Shown: positions 48,957-58,865 of the stretch, in pieces
How the letters are laid out: each line of letters starts with the position of its first letter
Position numbering within the stretch: the stretch's first letter is position 1
NCBI GenBank assembly: GCA_964514565.1
Contig: CAZERA010000001.1
Location: forward strand, 62,001-126,000
Direction: 5' to 3'
Source: an uncultured Candidatus Peribacteria bacterium
GTDB lineage: Bacteria; Patescibacteriota; Gracilibacteria; RBG-16-42-10
DNA length: 64,000 nucleotides
Translations under genes and position numbers: made by a program
The notes under the pieces: model-generated
The model's database searches: none
What the model was told of the DNA's origin: nothing
The model's input: the letters and a program-made list of their open reading frames with translations, nothing else

Positions 48957-49595
48957 ATGAGTCAATCACAACAATTAAACCTGCGCCAAGTAGCCCAACT
49001 ACTCAAAAGAAGCACCAAAAGTGTCAGGAATTATATTAAGGCGAATCGGTTGAGAGCTTCCAAGGTGGAGAGTGTAAATGGTCCTGAGTATAGTTTTGAC
49101 GTAGTTGACGTTGTCAGTTTTGCAAAAGAGGACTTGGGTATTGATCTTGTTATTGGTGAGATGTTGGAGCGAAGTTCAGACGAACAGGCAGCTACGGTGC
49201 CAGATCCTAGTAATTATTTAAGTGATGCTGAGCAGTCTCTACCGTTGATCCCTTATCATGAGCAGAAGTTGGACTTGTCTCAATTTACTCAGGTATTGCT
49301 CTCTTTAGAGAATGATAAGATGAAGTTGATCGAGGACTTTGGTGAATATAAGGCACGGCTTGCTTATAAGATGGGGCAACTAGAAAGTCAGGTGAAGCAA
49401 CTAGAGTCTGGTATTGATGAAAAAGATCGACTAAAGAAGAAGGTGGTTGATTTAGAGAAGAACTACAAAGTACGAGATATGGATGCTCGCCAGTTGTTAG
49501 CTATGAAAGAATTTTATGAGGGGCGCCCTTGGTGGAAGTTCTGGCAGAAATTTGACCTCAAGGATTCTGAGAAAATGATTGGAGGGCCTTATTAA
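48957..49595 (+). CDS. MerR-like helix-turn-helix protein with coiled coil and PWWKFW tail
   Basis: LRQVAQLLKRSTKSVRNYIKANRL; heptad-rich C-terminal half. Confidence 0.75.
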   Translation: MSQSQQLNLRQVAQLLKRSTKSVRNYIKANRLRASKVESVNGPEYSFDVVDVVSFAKEDLGIDLVIGEMLERSSDEQAATVPDPSNYLSDAEQSLPLIPYHEQKLDLSQFTQVLLSLENDKMKLIEDFGEYKARLAYKMGQLESQVKQLESGIDEKDRLKKKVVDLEKNYKVRDMDARQLLAMKEFYEGRPWWKFWQKFDLKDSEKMIGGPY

Positions 49596-49606
49596 GTTTA
49601 CTGTCT

Positions 49607-50578
49607 ATGAAAAAGTTATTAGTGATTCTGCTTTTATTAGTGGGATTCTTGCTCTGGGATTGGAGTCGCTTTCTTGATTCGCCTGTCAGTGTGAGTCGAT
49701 CAGTACTGGTAGTAGAAAAGGGGAGTGGATTTAATGATTTTCAGGATAAGCTGCTTGGTACGAATCAATCTTTTCTTGCTGCTATTTACTATCCGATTTA
49801 TATCAGGGTCTATAGTCCAAATTTGAAGTATGGTCCCCATACAGTCAAGGACGGTATTAAGTTTACTGATGCGATAGCTGTTTTGGCAGAGGATCCAGAT
49901 GATATCAAGGTAAGGCTACCTGAGGGTGAGAGGTTGGAGGCTTTTGCTGATGTTCTTTCCTCTGCTGGTCTTTCAAATAAGAATGAGTTAATTAATTGTT
50001 TTAAGAGTTGTGTAGTCGATGGCTATCAGGGGTTGCTTGATAGCCAATCTGGATACGAGGGGGAGTTGTTCCCTGATACGTATATATTACCGCCTAATGC
50101 TACGGCTAAGCAGATTGTTGCTGTTTTGCTTAAGAATTTTCGCAGTAAATTTGATCCACTAGCTAAGCAATATGGTGCTTTCTTGCAGCAGTATTCAGCT
50201 AGAGATGTAGTTATTATTGCCTCTTTATTGGAGAGAGAGGCGAAATCACTAGAAGACAAGCAAATTGTGGCCGGAATACTCTATGATCGATTGAAGATTG
50301 GGATGCGTTTAGATGTTGATGCCACTGTAAGTTATATAAAAGGGGATTGGCGTAGTCCGATCACTTATAGTGATCTTGCGATTGATTCTCCATATAATAC
50401 ACGGAAGAAGAGCGGTTTTCCTGCCGGGCCTATTTGTAATCCCGGTGAAGAAAGTCTAAAGGCTGCTATGAGCCCTTTGTCACAAGGGTATTTGTATTAT
50501 CTGACTGGTAGCAATGGGTCAATGTATTACGCTCGGACCCTTGAAGAGCATAATTTGAATAAGGCAAAATATTTGTAG
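49607..50578 (+). CDS. mltG: Endolytic transglycosylase MltG
   Basis: PEG, EGELFPDTY, ASLLERE, DSPYNT, GPICNPG, TLEEHN. Confidence 0.95.
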   Translation: MKKLLVILLLLVGFLLWDWSRFLDSPVSVSRSVLVVEKGSGFNDFQDKLLGTNQSFLAAIYYPIYIRVYSPNLKYGPHTVKDGIKFTDAIAVLAEDPDDIKVRLPEGERLEAFADVLSSAGLSNKNELINCFKSCVVDGYQGLLDSQSGYEGELFPDTYILPPNATAKQIVAVLLKNFRSKFDPLAKQYGAFLQQYSARDVVIIASLLEREAKSLEDKQIVAGILYDRLKIGMRLDVDATVSYIKGDWRSPITYSDLAIDSPYNTRKKSGFPAGPICNPGEESLKAAMSPLSQGYLYYLTGSNGSMYYARTLEEHNLNKAKYL

Positions 50579-50748
50579 TTCGCTATCAAGCATCTGTAGT
50601 GTCAAATCCAAATATTTAGTTGAGAATAGTTATCAACTAATCTTTAGTGTGTGTTTAAAACTTGTTCAAATGCCTAATTCTAGGGTTATTCTCTAGTGAA
50701 ATTTACTTTTTCTAGCTGGGATTTTGCAGAATAAGTGCTTTTTCTTCG

Positions 50749-50778
50749 TTGACATGGTTTAAATCACTATGTTAACTT
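50749..50778 (+). promoter_or_regulatory. Strong sigma70-type promoter upstream of the SLH cluster
   Basis: TTGACA at 50749-50754 and extended -10 TGtTAACTT at 50770-50778. Confidence 0.6.
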
Positions 50779-50783
50779 CCCCT

Positions 50784-51101
50784 GCGATACGCGTTCCCTT
50801 CACATTTGTAGTGTTTTCAGTGTCTCTTGTAACGGTTTTGTTACCGCAACGTAATAAGATCGTGACAAGGGGCTGGACCCTGGAAATGTTCCATGGCCAC
50901 GCTTATGATCCTTAACTTGCCGGGTGAGATAAAGTGAGATTTCAAGTCTCACTTAAAAAAGTTTTTTACTGGTTCTAATATCTTAGTACTCGTGTCTATC
51001 CTAAAAATAGACAAACACTGCGAATAACCTATTTTTATATAGTTATCGCGCTAGATAATTCTTTTATCTAAAAACATTTATTTCTAATTACAAGTCTTAA
51101 T
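50784..51101 (+). ncRNA. Long structured leader RNA or ncRNA candidate
   Basis: Imperfect rod of about 88 nt at 50802-50889 with G-U pairs, plus hairpins at 50932-50954, 50993-51012, 51020-51049 and 51052-51070. Confidence 0.45.
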
Positions 51102-54100
51102 ATGACAAATCTCCGTAAAATAGCGGTAGCAATTTCTGCTGCAGCTATGTTCATGGGAGTATTGCCTCAAGCATTAGCTGGTAGCATCTTCTCAGATGTT
51201 GCTGATACTAATGAATTTGCGGTTTATATTCATGATCTTCAAGCACAAGGTATTGTGAGTGGTGTCGGAACTACAGGTATGTATATGCCTCAACGTAATG
51301 TTACTCGTGGTGAAATGATGAAAATGGTCATCAACGCTATGAAAAAGTCTGGAGAAGGTAAGAGTGCTCTTGCTGATGTTCTCAGTACAGCTCCTCTTGC
51401 TGGTGCTCCTCACTTCGAAGATGTGCCAGCTGGTAGCTCATTCTACGATCAAGTAGAAATGGCTTACGCTCTTGGTATCGTCAATGGTCGCCGTGCTCCT
51501 GCTGAAGGAGTACAAGGTTCATTCGGTGTCAACGAACCTGTATTGCGCCAAGAAGGTATGAAGATGGTTGTTGGTGCTTACCGCAAGGTAGCTGCTGACA
51601 CATTCATGCAAGACTTAACTGGTGGTCCATCATTTGATGATGTGTCTGCAAGTTCAGAATTCTATGATTACATCCAAACTGCTTACAATCTCGCTATTGT
51701 AAATGGATACGGTAACAGCAAGTTCGGTCCTATGGATCCTATGCGCCGTGACCAAATGGCGAAGGTTATCTCAAACACTATGAAAGTATTCACTACTGGC
51801 AAACCATTGTCTGTAGGCGTACCTGCTCGTGTCCAAGTAGACAACTCTGATCCACAAATAAAGAACGATGGTACATCTACTGCTACTATCACTTGTACTA
51901 TTGTTGACCGTAATGGTAACCGTGTTGGTGATTGGACAACTCCAGTCAGCTTCACAACTGACGCTGGTACATTGTCTATTGTAGGTGGTAGCGAAGCTGC
52001 TGCAGCTACAAAGACTGTTAGTACTAACGATGGTCGTGGTCAAATCACTTTGATCTCTTCTACTACTGCTGGTACAGCGACTGTTACATGTCGTACTGGT
52101 ACTATGGAAGGTACTACCAAGGTAGAATTCACAGCTGATGCTCCTGGAGTCCGAAACGGCTTCGGTAGTGCTGCTATCGCTGGTGTTGGTGAAATGCATG
52201 TTCGTGCTACTGACAACCATATCGTTGCTAGTCGCCAGACTGCTCCTAGTGGTTCAATTGCTGGTCTTAGTTCAGCCTCAATCACTCCAGTGAGTGGTTT
52301 TGCAACTATTGAATCATTTGTGTACGACGATGCTGGTGATCCATCATGTGGTGACACATTGGTTTACTCTATTCGTTCAGGTAATGGTAGCCTAGAAGCT
52401 GGTCCACTACCACCTACAAGTGCTGCTACTACAGCAGTACGTTCATTGACTCTTCCAGCATCTAGCTGTCTCAATGGTCGTTATGTTGCTTACTTGAACA
52501 TTTTGAACACTCAAAATTCAGGTAACGTAGTAGTACAAGTGCTCGATCGTTCTACAAGCCCATCTCTTATGACTACAGTCAATGTTCAAATTGACTTGGT
52601 AAAACTGGATGCAAAAGTATACGATAACAGCATCTTGACTCGTAACTCAGCTCAAATTGCTGCTACAACAGGTACTGAGCAAAACATTGCTCCAGTAGTC
52701 ATCAAGACTTTGGATGAGAACAACCGTCCTTTCCAAACTGTTAAGGGCTCTGCAGTTGACCAAGTTGAATGTCGTTTAGTGAGTGGTGCTACATCTAGCG
52801 CTCTCTTGGACGGTGTTATCAACAGTGCAACAGGTGTTCGTACTCGTGCAACTACAGTTCAAGCTGACTATATCGAAGGTTCAGCTGGTCTCTACACAGT
52901 AAACGTTATTGCTGGTAGTGCTAGTGGTACTTTGACAGTTGAGTGTCGCGACGTTGATGCAATTGGACAACCTTCAGTTCGCTTCAATGTTAGTGTTCGT
53001 GCTCCTCAAGTTGAAATCTTTGTTTCTGGTGCTCGTGCTCGTGCTGGTGACCTTACAACAGTAATCGGTCGTATCCGTGATGGAAGCAAACCTGTTACTG
53101 GTGAAGAACTACGTCTCCAAATCGATGGTGGCGATGGTGTAGTCGATACTAATGATGGTGGCAGTTATACCTATGCTGATGCAGCACAGAATAGTGCTAC
53201 TATGGATATAATCTGTTACCTCAATGGTACTGTTCCTACTTCATCATCACAGATTACAGGTAATCTCTTGATGGATGGTGCAGCTTTCTTAGGTGCTGTG
53301 AGTGTTGTTCCTTTTGGAACAGTTGGTGGATGTTCTTCAATCTCTGGTGCTGTAGATTCTGGCTGGTATACAGCTAAGGTTTACATGCCATTAGATACAA
53401 CAGAACGTGATCAGACAATCAATCTCCGCGCTACTGATCTTTCTCGTGCTGAACAACCTCAAGGTCAAATTACTGTCGTGTCTACACGTGGTCTTCCAAG
53501 TGAGGCTCGTCAATTGACTGTTATGCCTATGTCACAAGAAGTAGGTATCAACCAAGACATCCCTACTATCATGTTTGTTCGTGATAGCCGTGGTTTCGGT
53601 CTCTCTTGTACTTCTTCTGGTGCTGTTAACCCAGCTAATACCAATGGTGAAACTGGTCCTGATCAATGTAGTGATGCTATGAATGGAGTTGTTCCAACTA
53701 CTACTACTCCTTCAATCGGAATCAACCGCACTCAAGGTGTTAATGGTCTAGTTGGATACTTATCTGTAAATCCTACAACTAGCGAAAACGTATACGTTTA
53801 CAGCCGCGCTGTTCCTCCTGCTGCTGTTAACGATGGTGTTGCCAATGATACAACACAGCGTTATATCGTATCTAACCTTGGTGGTGGAGCATACTTCATG
53901 GTTGCTCGTGCTAAGGATCGTGCTGACCGTGCTGAATGGAGAGTTGAGCTACATGACTCAAGTGGAGTCGAGCTCCAAGCTCCTTTGGTCCAAGTCAACA
54001 TCGTTCCAAACCGTGTAACTACTGAATTCTCATTGGGTTCAACTATTCCAGATTGGAATAACACTTTGATCGCATTCGTTCGTGATCAAAACAATGATCC

Positions 54101-54737
54101 TGTTACTACTTTGAACAATCAACGTGCTGGTGGTACATTCCCAACCAACAACTTCACTTCTTTTGCGGTTACTCGCTCTGGTTCTGATGTCGCTGATATT
54201 CAACCAAACACCAATGCTGGCTTAATCCCTGCTGGTGCAAGTACAGATCTTCTCCATGATGGTACAAACCCAATCGGAAGTGGTCTTTATCTCTTCAATG
54301 TAGATACAATCAGTTCTGCATCTGTAGGAACTGTTTCAATCAAGGTTAGCTTGAATCAAGCTACAAACCCTGAAAGTACAGCTAGCTACCGTGTTCAAGA
54401 TCCAAGTTTGTCATTTGACGCTTGGCCAAATCGTTTGGGTTCATCAAATGTAGTTCCTTTGACTATCATTGTTCGTGATGATCAAGGTACTCCTTTGACA
54501 CTTGGCACAACAACTCCTTTAGCACAAGTTGAAGTAGTTCGTGGCAGTGGTAACCTCGAGGGTGTCAATGCCGTTTCACCTGGCAGTGGCCTCCGCGTAG
54601 ATGTTGCTACCTCACTCGACGGTGTATTCGTTGCTAGCTATAAGGCATCTTCAGTTACTGAGGGTGTTGACTTAGTTGCTCGTCTCAACGCTGTTAGCTC
54701 TCGTGTTGAACAACGTCTTTCTCTCAACGTAAACTAG
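51102..54737 (+). CDS. Probable major S-layer protein: three SLH domains and invasin-like Ig domains
   Basis: Signal peptide; VTRGEMMK, VLRQEGMK, MRRDQMAK SLH motifs; NDGTSTATITCTIVD; strong CGT/GGT/GCT/ACT codon bias. Confidence 0.8.
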   Translation: MTNLRKIAVAISAAAMFMGVLPQALAGSIFSDVADTNEFAVYIHDLQAQGIVSGVGTTGMYMPQRNVTRGEMMKMVINAMKKSGEGKSALADVLSTAPLAGAPHFEDVPAGSSFYDQVEMAYALGIVNGRRAPAEGVQGSFGVNEPVLRQEGMKMVVGAYRKVAADTFMQDLTGGPSFDDVSASSEFYDYIQTAYNLAIVNGYGNSKFGPMDPMRRDQMAKVISNTMKVFTTGKPLSVGVPARVQVDNSDPQIKNDGTSTATITCTIVDRNGNRVGDWTTPVSFTTDAGTLSIVGGSEAAAATKTVSTNDGRGQITLISSTTAGTATVTCRTGTMEGTTKVEFTADAPGVRNGFGSAAIAGVGEMHVRATDNHIVASRQTAPSGSIAGLSSASITPVSGFATIESFVYDDAGDPSCGDTLVYSIRSGNGSLEAGPLPPTSAATTAVRSLTLPASSCLNGRYVAYLNILNTQNSGNVVVQVLDRSTSPSLMTTVNVQIDLVKLDAKVYDNSILTRNSAQIAATTGTEQNIAPVVIKTLDENNRPFQTVKGSAVDQVECRLVSGATSSALLDGVINSATGVRTRATTVQADYIEGSAGLYTVNVIAGSASGTLTVECRDVDAIGQPSVRFNVSVRAPQVEIFVSGARARAGDLTTVIGRIRDGSKPVTGEELRLQIDGGDGVVDTNDGGSYTYADAAQNSATMDIICYLNGTVPTSSSQITGNLLMDGAAFLGAVSVVPFGTVGGCSSISGAVDSGWYTAKVYMPLDTTERDQTINLRATDLSRAEQPQGQITVVSTRGLPSEARQLTVMPMSQEVGINQDIPTIMFVRDSRGFGLSCTSSGAVNPANTNGETGPDQCSDAMNGVVPTTTTPSIGINRTQGVNGLVGYLSVNPTTSENVYVYSRAVPPAAVNDGVANDTTQRYIVSNLGGGAYFMVARAKDRADRAEWRVELHDSSGVELQAPLVQVNIVPNRVTTEFSLGSTIPDWNNTLIAFVRDQNNDPVTTLNNQRAGGTFPTNNFTSFAVTRSGSDVADIQPNTNAGLIPAGASTDLLHDGTNPIGSGLYLFNVDTISSASVGTVSIKVSLNQATNPESTASYRVQDPSLSFDAWPNRLGSSNVVPLTIIVRDDQGTPLTLGTTTPLAQVEVVRGSGNLEGVNAVSPGSGLRVDVATSLDGVFVASYKASSVTEGVDLVARLNAVSSRVEQRLSLNVN

Positions 54738-54763
54738 TTCTTACTAGTAGACGTTCGCAATAA

Positions 54764-54805
54764 ACAATCAAGCCGCTTCCTAGCAATAGGGGCGGCTTTT
54801 TTGTT
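54764..54805 (+). terminator. Intrinsic terminator, duplicate copy A
   Basis: ACAATCAAGCCGCTTCCTA-gcaa-TAGGGGCGGCTTTTTTGTT. Confidence 0.9.
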
Positions 54806-54828
54806 ACCTGAAATTTACCTTAGCACTT

Positions 54829-54957
54829 GAAGTAAGAAGTAAAGGGGAAGAGTTAAGAAGTTTGTGAGCAGAATATGAGCGCTCAGATGTTTCAATCCGC
54901 AATTGCGGAGACATGGCTCATACATTTCTTACCTCTTCCATCTTACCTTTTACTTCC
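54829..54957. repeat. Heptamer-armed element with palindrome TCCGCAATTGCGGA, copy 2
   Basis: Purine arm 54829-54861, palindrome 54896-54909, pyrimidine arm 54920-54957. Confidence 0.9.
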
Positions 54958-55009
54958 TGCAAGCGCGGTGTACAATCAACTGGTTCCTTTAGTTTTTAAT
55001 ACAAAGTTT

Positions 55010-56200
55010 ATGAAACGACTGAGCTATTTATTTTTGATCCCACTTGTTCTTTTTTCTCAAGTACAATTAACGTTAGCAGCTGCCCAATTCTCAGATCTTG
55101 CAGGAGTTGCTGGTGATCAACTAGACGCAATTACTAGTCTATCTAGTAGTGGAGTTATCAAGGGGTATGGAGATGGTACATTTAGACCGCAAGCACTGAT
55201 TAGTGAAAAAGAGTGGGGATTATTGGTTAGTAGAGCTATTCATGATCAAGATGATACTGGCCTAACTGATCAGCCTATTACTCGATTAGGCGCTTTGTAT
55301 CTATTGAGTGCGATGTGGCACTTGGATTGGCATCAAGAAACACTTGCTGCGAACTTTAGTGATGTCTATAGCAATTCTGATATACAAGTGGTCAACTACT
55401 TTAGTCGCAAGGGGATTATTCATGGTAGATCTACTACTGAGTTTGTTCCACAGGGAATGCTGACTAGAGCTGAGGCAGCTAAAGTTCTTTCGTTGGCGCA
55501 AAGCAATGTACTAACTAATGGTCAAATTAATCAGACAAACAATATTTCTTCATCGGTTCCTTTGACATCCGCTGGGCTACAAGTAACTCAGAATGTTGTG
55601 GAAATTATAGATGTATCTCCCCTAAACCTTGGCCCTGGTCAAACAGGTACTTTATTATTCACTATTAAAAACAATGGTGATCTAGAGACCGGCCTACAGG
55701 AGGGGACTGATTATAGGGTGTCTGTACTAAGCGGTGATGTGCACGTAACTAGTGTTTCTGAATTAGGTAACGGGCTTTATCAAGCAATGTTTCAAGCTTC
55801 TACCAATGCAGCGGCAGGACCAGTTAATATTCAAATTACGGCATTTATGGGAACTACTTTCCATACTGATATAAATCAGTTTTTACAGCAAAGAGCTGAG
55901 GCCCAGGTTTCTTTGGCGCAGTTGGTGCCAAATCGTCTCTATAGTAATCAAAAAGCTCAAATTATCGTTACTCCTCAGGGGATCGGGGGATCTAGTGTTA
56001 CCGGTTTAGATATTAGTGCTGAGGTTACTCATGGTGCGGGTACTATTATTGAGCCAGTAGTTGAGTCTCCTGTCGGTAGTGGTATTTATATTGGCACCTA
56101 TCAAGCGACTGGAAGCGGTGGACAAGATGTAGAAATTACAGTGCGAGTAAACAATCTCTCTTCTCGCCCTCAGACAGTAGTTACTGGGCACATCCTTTAA
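55010..56200 (+). CDS. SLH-domain protein with two Ig-like domains
   Basis: Signal peptide from ATG 55010; KGYGDGTFRP, LTRAEAAK; ELGNGLYQA and GSGIYIGTY. Confidence 0.8.
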   Translation: MKRLSYLFLIPLVLFSQVQLTLAAAQFSDLAGVAGDQLDAITSLSSSGVIKGYGDGTFRPQALISEKEWGLLVSRAIHDQDDTGLTDQPITRLGALYLLSAMWHLDWHQETLAANFSDVYSNSDIQVVNYFSRKGIIHGRSTTEFVPQGMLTRAEAAKVLSLAQSNVLTNGQINQTNNISSSVPLTSAGLQVTQNVVEIIDVSPLNLGPGQTGTLLFTIKNNGDLETGLQEGTDYRVSVLSGDVHVTSVSELGNGLYQAMFQASTNAAAGPVNIQITAFMGTTFHTDINQFLQQRAEAQVSLAQLVPNRLYSNQKAQIIVTPQGIGGSSVTGLDISAEVTHGAGTIIEPVVESPVGSGIYIGTYQATGSGGQDVEITVRVNNLSSRPQTVVTGHIL

Positions 56201-56353
56201 AGCGCTTCTAGCAATGCTTAATTACTATTATCTCTTGCTGATGCTGTCGTTCCGAGTTTATAAAATGTTGAGAGTAGTTGTAAAGCGGTTCTTTGGCTTT
56301 TCTTTGCTATCGGTTGGGTGTTTAGCCTACAATCTTTAAGGTAATTAACTCTT

Positions 56354-58546
56354 ATGTTTATGATGAAATTGCGTCTTTATACGCGTTTTATCTCTTTGGC
56401 ACTGGTGGGATCTGTAGTTTTGGCGCCACTGGCCCAAGCTGCTTTCTCGGATGTGTCTGGAGGTGAATTCGCACAATATATCAATGACCTTAGTACTCGT
56501 GGAGTACTTGGTGGTTCAGGTGGAAATTTTTATCCTACTCTCAACCTCACTCGTGGTGAGTTGGCTAAAGTATTAGTAAGTGCTGCAAGTTTGCCAGTCG
56601 TGACTACTAGTACCAGAAGTTTTAGTGATGTGGCTGCTAGCAATTCATTCTATGGTCCTATTATGACCTTGGCTGCACGCGGTACGGTCAATGGCTATAG
56701 CGATGGAACTTTCCGTCCAAATGCTAATGTTACTCGCGGTGAATTTTCTAAAATGGTTGTAGGATCTTTTGGCTTCCAAACCAATACTCAAGGTGGTCCA
56801 CATTTTAGTATGGATGTACCTACTAGCAACACTTTCTACTCTTTCGTAGAGACTTTGTATGCTTTGAATGTTATCAATGGTTATAGTGCTTCAACATTCG
56901 GAGTAAATGATAGTGTTACTCGTGAACAAATGGCCAAGATTGTTAGCCGTGGCATTATGGCAAAAGCAGGAACACTTGAGTCTCGCCCAGGTACAAGCGG
57001 CGCCCTCAAAGAATTCCCATTGTCATTCAATTATGCTTTCCCTCGTTTGCACTTAGTGCCTGATGCTGATGCTAATCAAGTAGAAGTAACAGCACAAAGA
57101 TTTCCTCATTTAGAGGGTGGTTATATGTATGAGTTGTGGGCAAAAGATGCTACTACTTCATATAGCCTTGCTCGTTTCAATGTTGCAGGTGGTGTGTTGG
57201 TTAGTGATCGTGAACTTCCAGTTACTACCACTATTGCTTTGCCAGTGCCATATCGCACAGTAAGTAGTTTTGCAGTGACTGTTGAGCCAAAGAACGATGG
57301 TGATATCAATGCATCTCACACTATAGCTGTTCGTGGCCTTCCATCTTCAGGTAGTAGTGCTTTTGATTTAGATTTCCCAGTTGGTTATGGTAATACCAAT
57401 GCAACTGCTCGTATCTATGGTACTGGGCATGATGTATTGAGTGTCAGTTTCGATAATCTTCCTAGCTTAAGTAGTATTGGTTGGCAGTACCAAGCATGGT
57501 ATGTCAAAGATGGTAATGCTGTGAGTGCTGGTTTATTCCAAGGAAATGGTGTAGGTACTATGTTCCGCAGTGGTACTTTGCCAGTAGATTTGTTCACTGT
57601 TCAACAAGTGAAAGTCTCAGTTGAACCAATGCCAGATGATGCTACAGCACCTTCTTTGGTAGTTTGGTCAGCAAGTGTTCCTGGTGCTCCCACTCCTACT
57701 AGTACTGTTGTGGGTGCCGTTAGCAGTGATCCAACTCATGATACTGACCTCTACAAAGGTCTGACTACATCAATGACCACTTCTTCACTTCGTGCTCGTA
57801 CTGTGACTAAGACTGATACTGCTCAGAAAGTAATTATTCAGGCATATGCAGCAGCTCCAGTGGTTGCCGAGAATCAAGATCAAGCAATTGTAGTAAAAGT
57901 ATCTGATCTCAATGGTAAGCCAATCAGTGATCTCAATCTTACTTTTAGTCGTGTTGAAGGTCCAAGTGCAAACTTCAATGATCCTCAAGAGATTGGAAAT
58001 AATTCAGGTATATACATTGGTAGTTATCGCAATAGTGAAGATGTCTCAACCACTGATACAGCTATTGTTCGTATTCAATCTGATGGTCAAAATTCAAGCT
58101 CTTCATCAAGTTCAGTAGTTACTGTGCCTGCTGTTGATGTTCAGTTTACAGTTTCTTCATCAACTGTGATTGGTTCAGCACGTACTATGGAAATCGATGT
58201 TCCTCGTCTCGAGACAACATTTGACGAAAATAATACTAATTCAACTCAAAGTGACGTAATTGTATTGGCTACTGTACTTGATAGTAACCGCAAGGCTGTT
58301 GAGAGTGTATTAAGTAGTGATCTCACCCTTCAGTCACAAAGTACAAATGCTACTGGTTATACTGATAACAATATTAAATATTTCACTTTGGATGATCGTT
58401 TCTTCGGTCTAGATCGTGAAACAAGTAATATTACAGTAAGTAGAACATTCAACGTTCAACTTATTCCTGGTACTTCGGATGATTTTGCTCCGATTACCTC
58501 TGATCAGTACACCTTGCGAGCTAAGTTTATCGCAAGAACAAACTAA
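56354..58546 (+). CDS. SLH-domain protein with two anti-sigma-K (RskA) C-terminal-like domains and Ig-like domains
   Basis: Three SLH motifs; YELW..FAVTVEP and YQAW..VKVSVEP. Confidence 0.75.
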   Translation: MFMMKLRLYTRFISLALVGSVVLAPLAQAAFSDVSGGEFAQYINDLSTRGVLGGSGGNFYPTLNLTRGELAKVLVSAASLPVVTTSTRSFSDVAASNSFYGPIMTLAARGTVNGYSDGTFRPNANVTRGEFSKMVVGSFGFQTNTQGGPHFSMDVPTSNTFYSFVETLYALNVINGYSASTFGVNDSVTREQMAKIVSRGIMAKAGTLESRPGTSGALKEFPLSFNYAFPRLHLVPDADANQVEVTAQRFPHLEGGYMYELWAKDATTSYSLARFNVAGGVLVSDRELPVTTTIALPVPYRTVSSFAVTVEPKNDGDINASHTIAVRGLPSSGSSAFDLDFPVGYGNTNATARIYGTGHDVLSVSFDNLPSLSSIGWQYQAWYVKDGNAVSAGLFQGNGVGTMFRSGTLPVDLFTVQQVKVSVEPMPDDATAPSLVVWSASVPGAPTPTSTVVGAVSSDPTHDTDLYKGLTTSMTTSSLRARTVTKTDTAQKVIIQAYAAAPVVAENQDQAIVVKVSDLNGKPISDLNLTFSRVEGPSANFNDPQEIGNNSGIYIGSYRNSEDVSTTDTAIVRIQSDGQNSSSSSSSVVTVPAVDVQFTVSSSTVIGSARTMEIDVPRLETTFDENNTNSTQSDVIVLATVLDSNRKAVESVLSSDLTLQSQSTNATGYTDNNIKYFTLDDRFFGLDRETSNITVSRTFNVQLIPGTSDDFAPITSDQYTLRAKFIARTN

Positions 58547-58562
58547 GTTTATCTAAGTAGTT

Positions 58563-58606
58563 ACAATCAAGCCGCTTCTCTAGAAACAGAGGGCGGCTTT
58601 TTTGTT
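58563..58606 (+). terminator. Intrinsic terminator, duplicate copy B
   Basis: ACAATCAAGCCGCTTCTCT-agaaac-AGAGGGCGGCTTTTTTGTT. Confidence 0.9.
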
Positions 58607-58663
58607 GGCTGACTTTTAGCTCACGCGAGAGATGTCTCAACAACAATCTTTTGTTGGGCTGAT

Positions 58664-58793
58664 GAGGTAAGAAGTAAAAGGGAAAAGTGAAGAAGTATAT
58701 AAACAAAGTAAGCAAGTTCAATAGCTACAATCCGCAATTGCGGACCCCAGGCCCATACATTTCTTACCTTTTACTTCTTACTTTTTACCTCCC
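58664..58793. repeat. Heptamer-armed element with palindrome TCCGCAATTGCGGA, copy 3
   Basis: Purine arm 58664-58700, palindrome 58731-58744, pyrimidine arm 58755-58793. Confidence 0.9.
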
Positions 58794-58865
58794 AAGACTA
58801 CTTGATAAGTAACAGTCTATTCAGTAACGTCTTCCTTTGTAGTATCTCTTACCTCTTAAAAATAT

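Noticed and set aside
50869..51101. tmRNA or RNase P RNA (GGGGCTG start)
   Set aside because: No matching T-arm/CCA 3' end and no GAGGAAAGTCC-type RNase P motif.
10741..58793. CRISPR array interpretation of the repeats
   Set aside because: Copies are dispersed and inverted, with no repeat-spacer periodicity and no cas genes.
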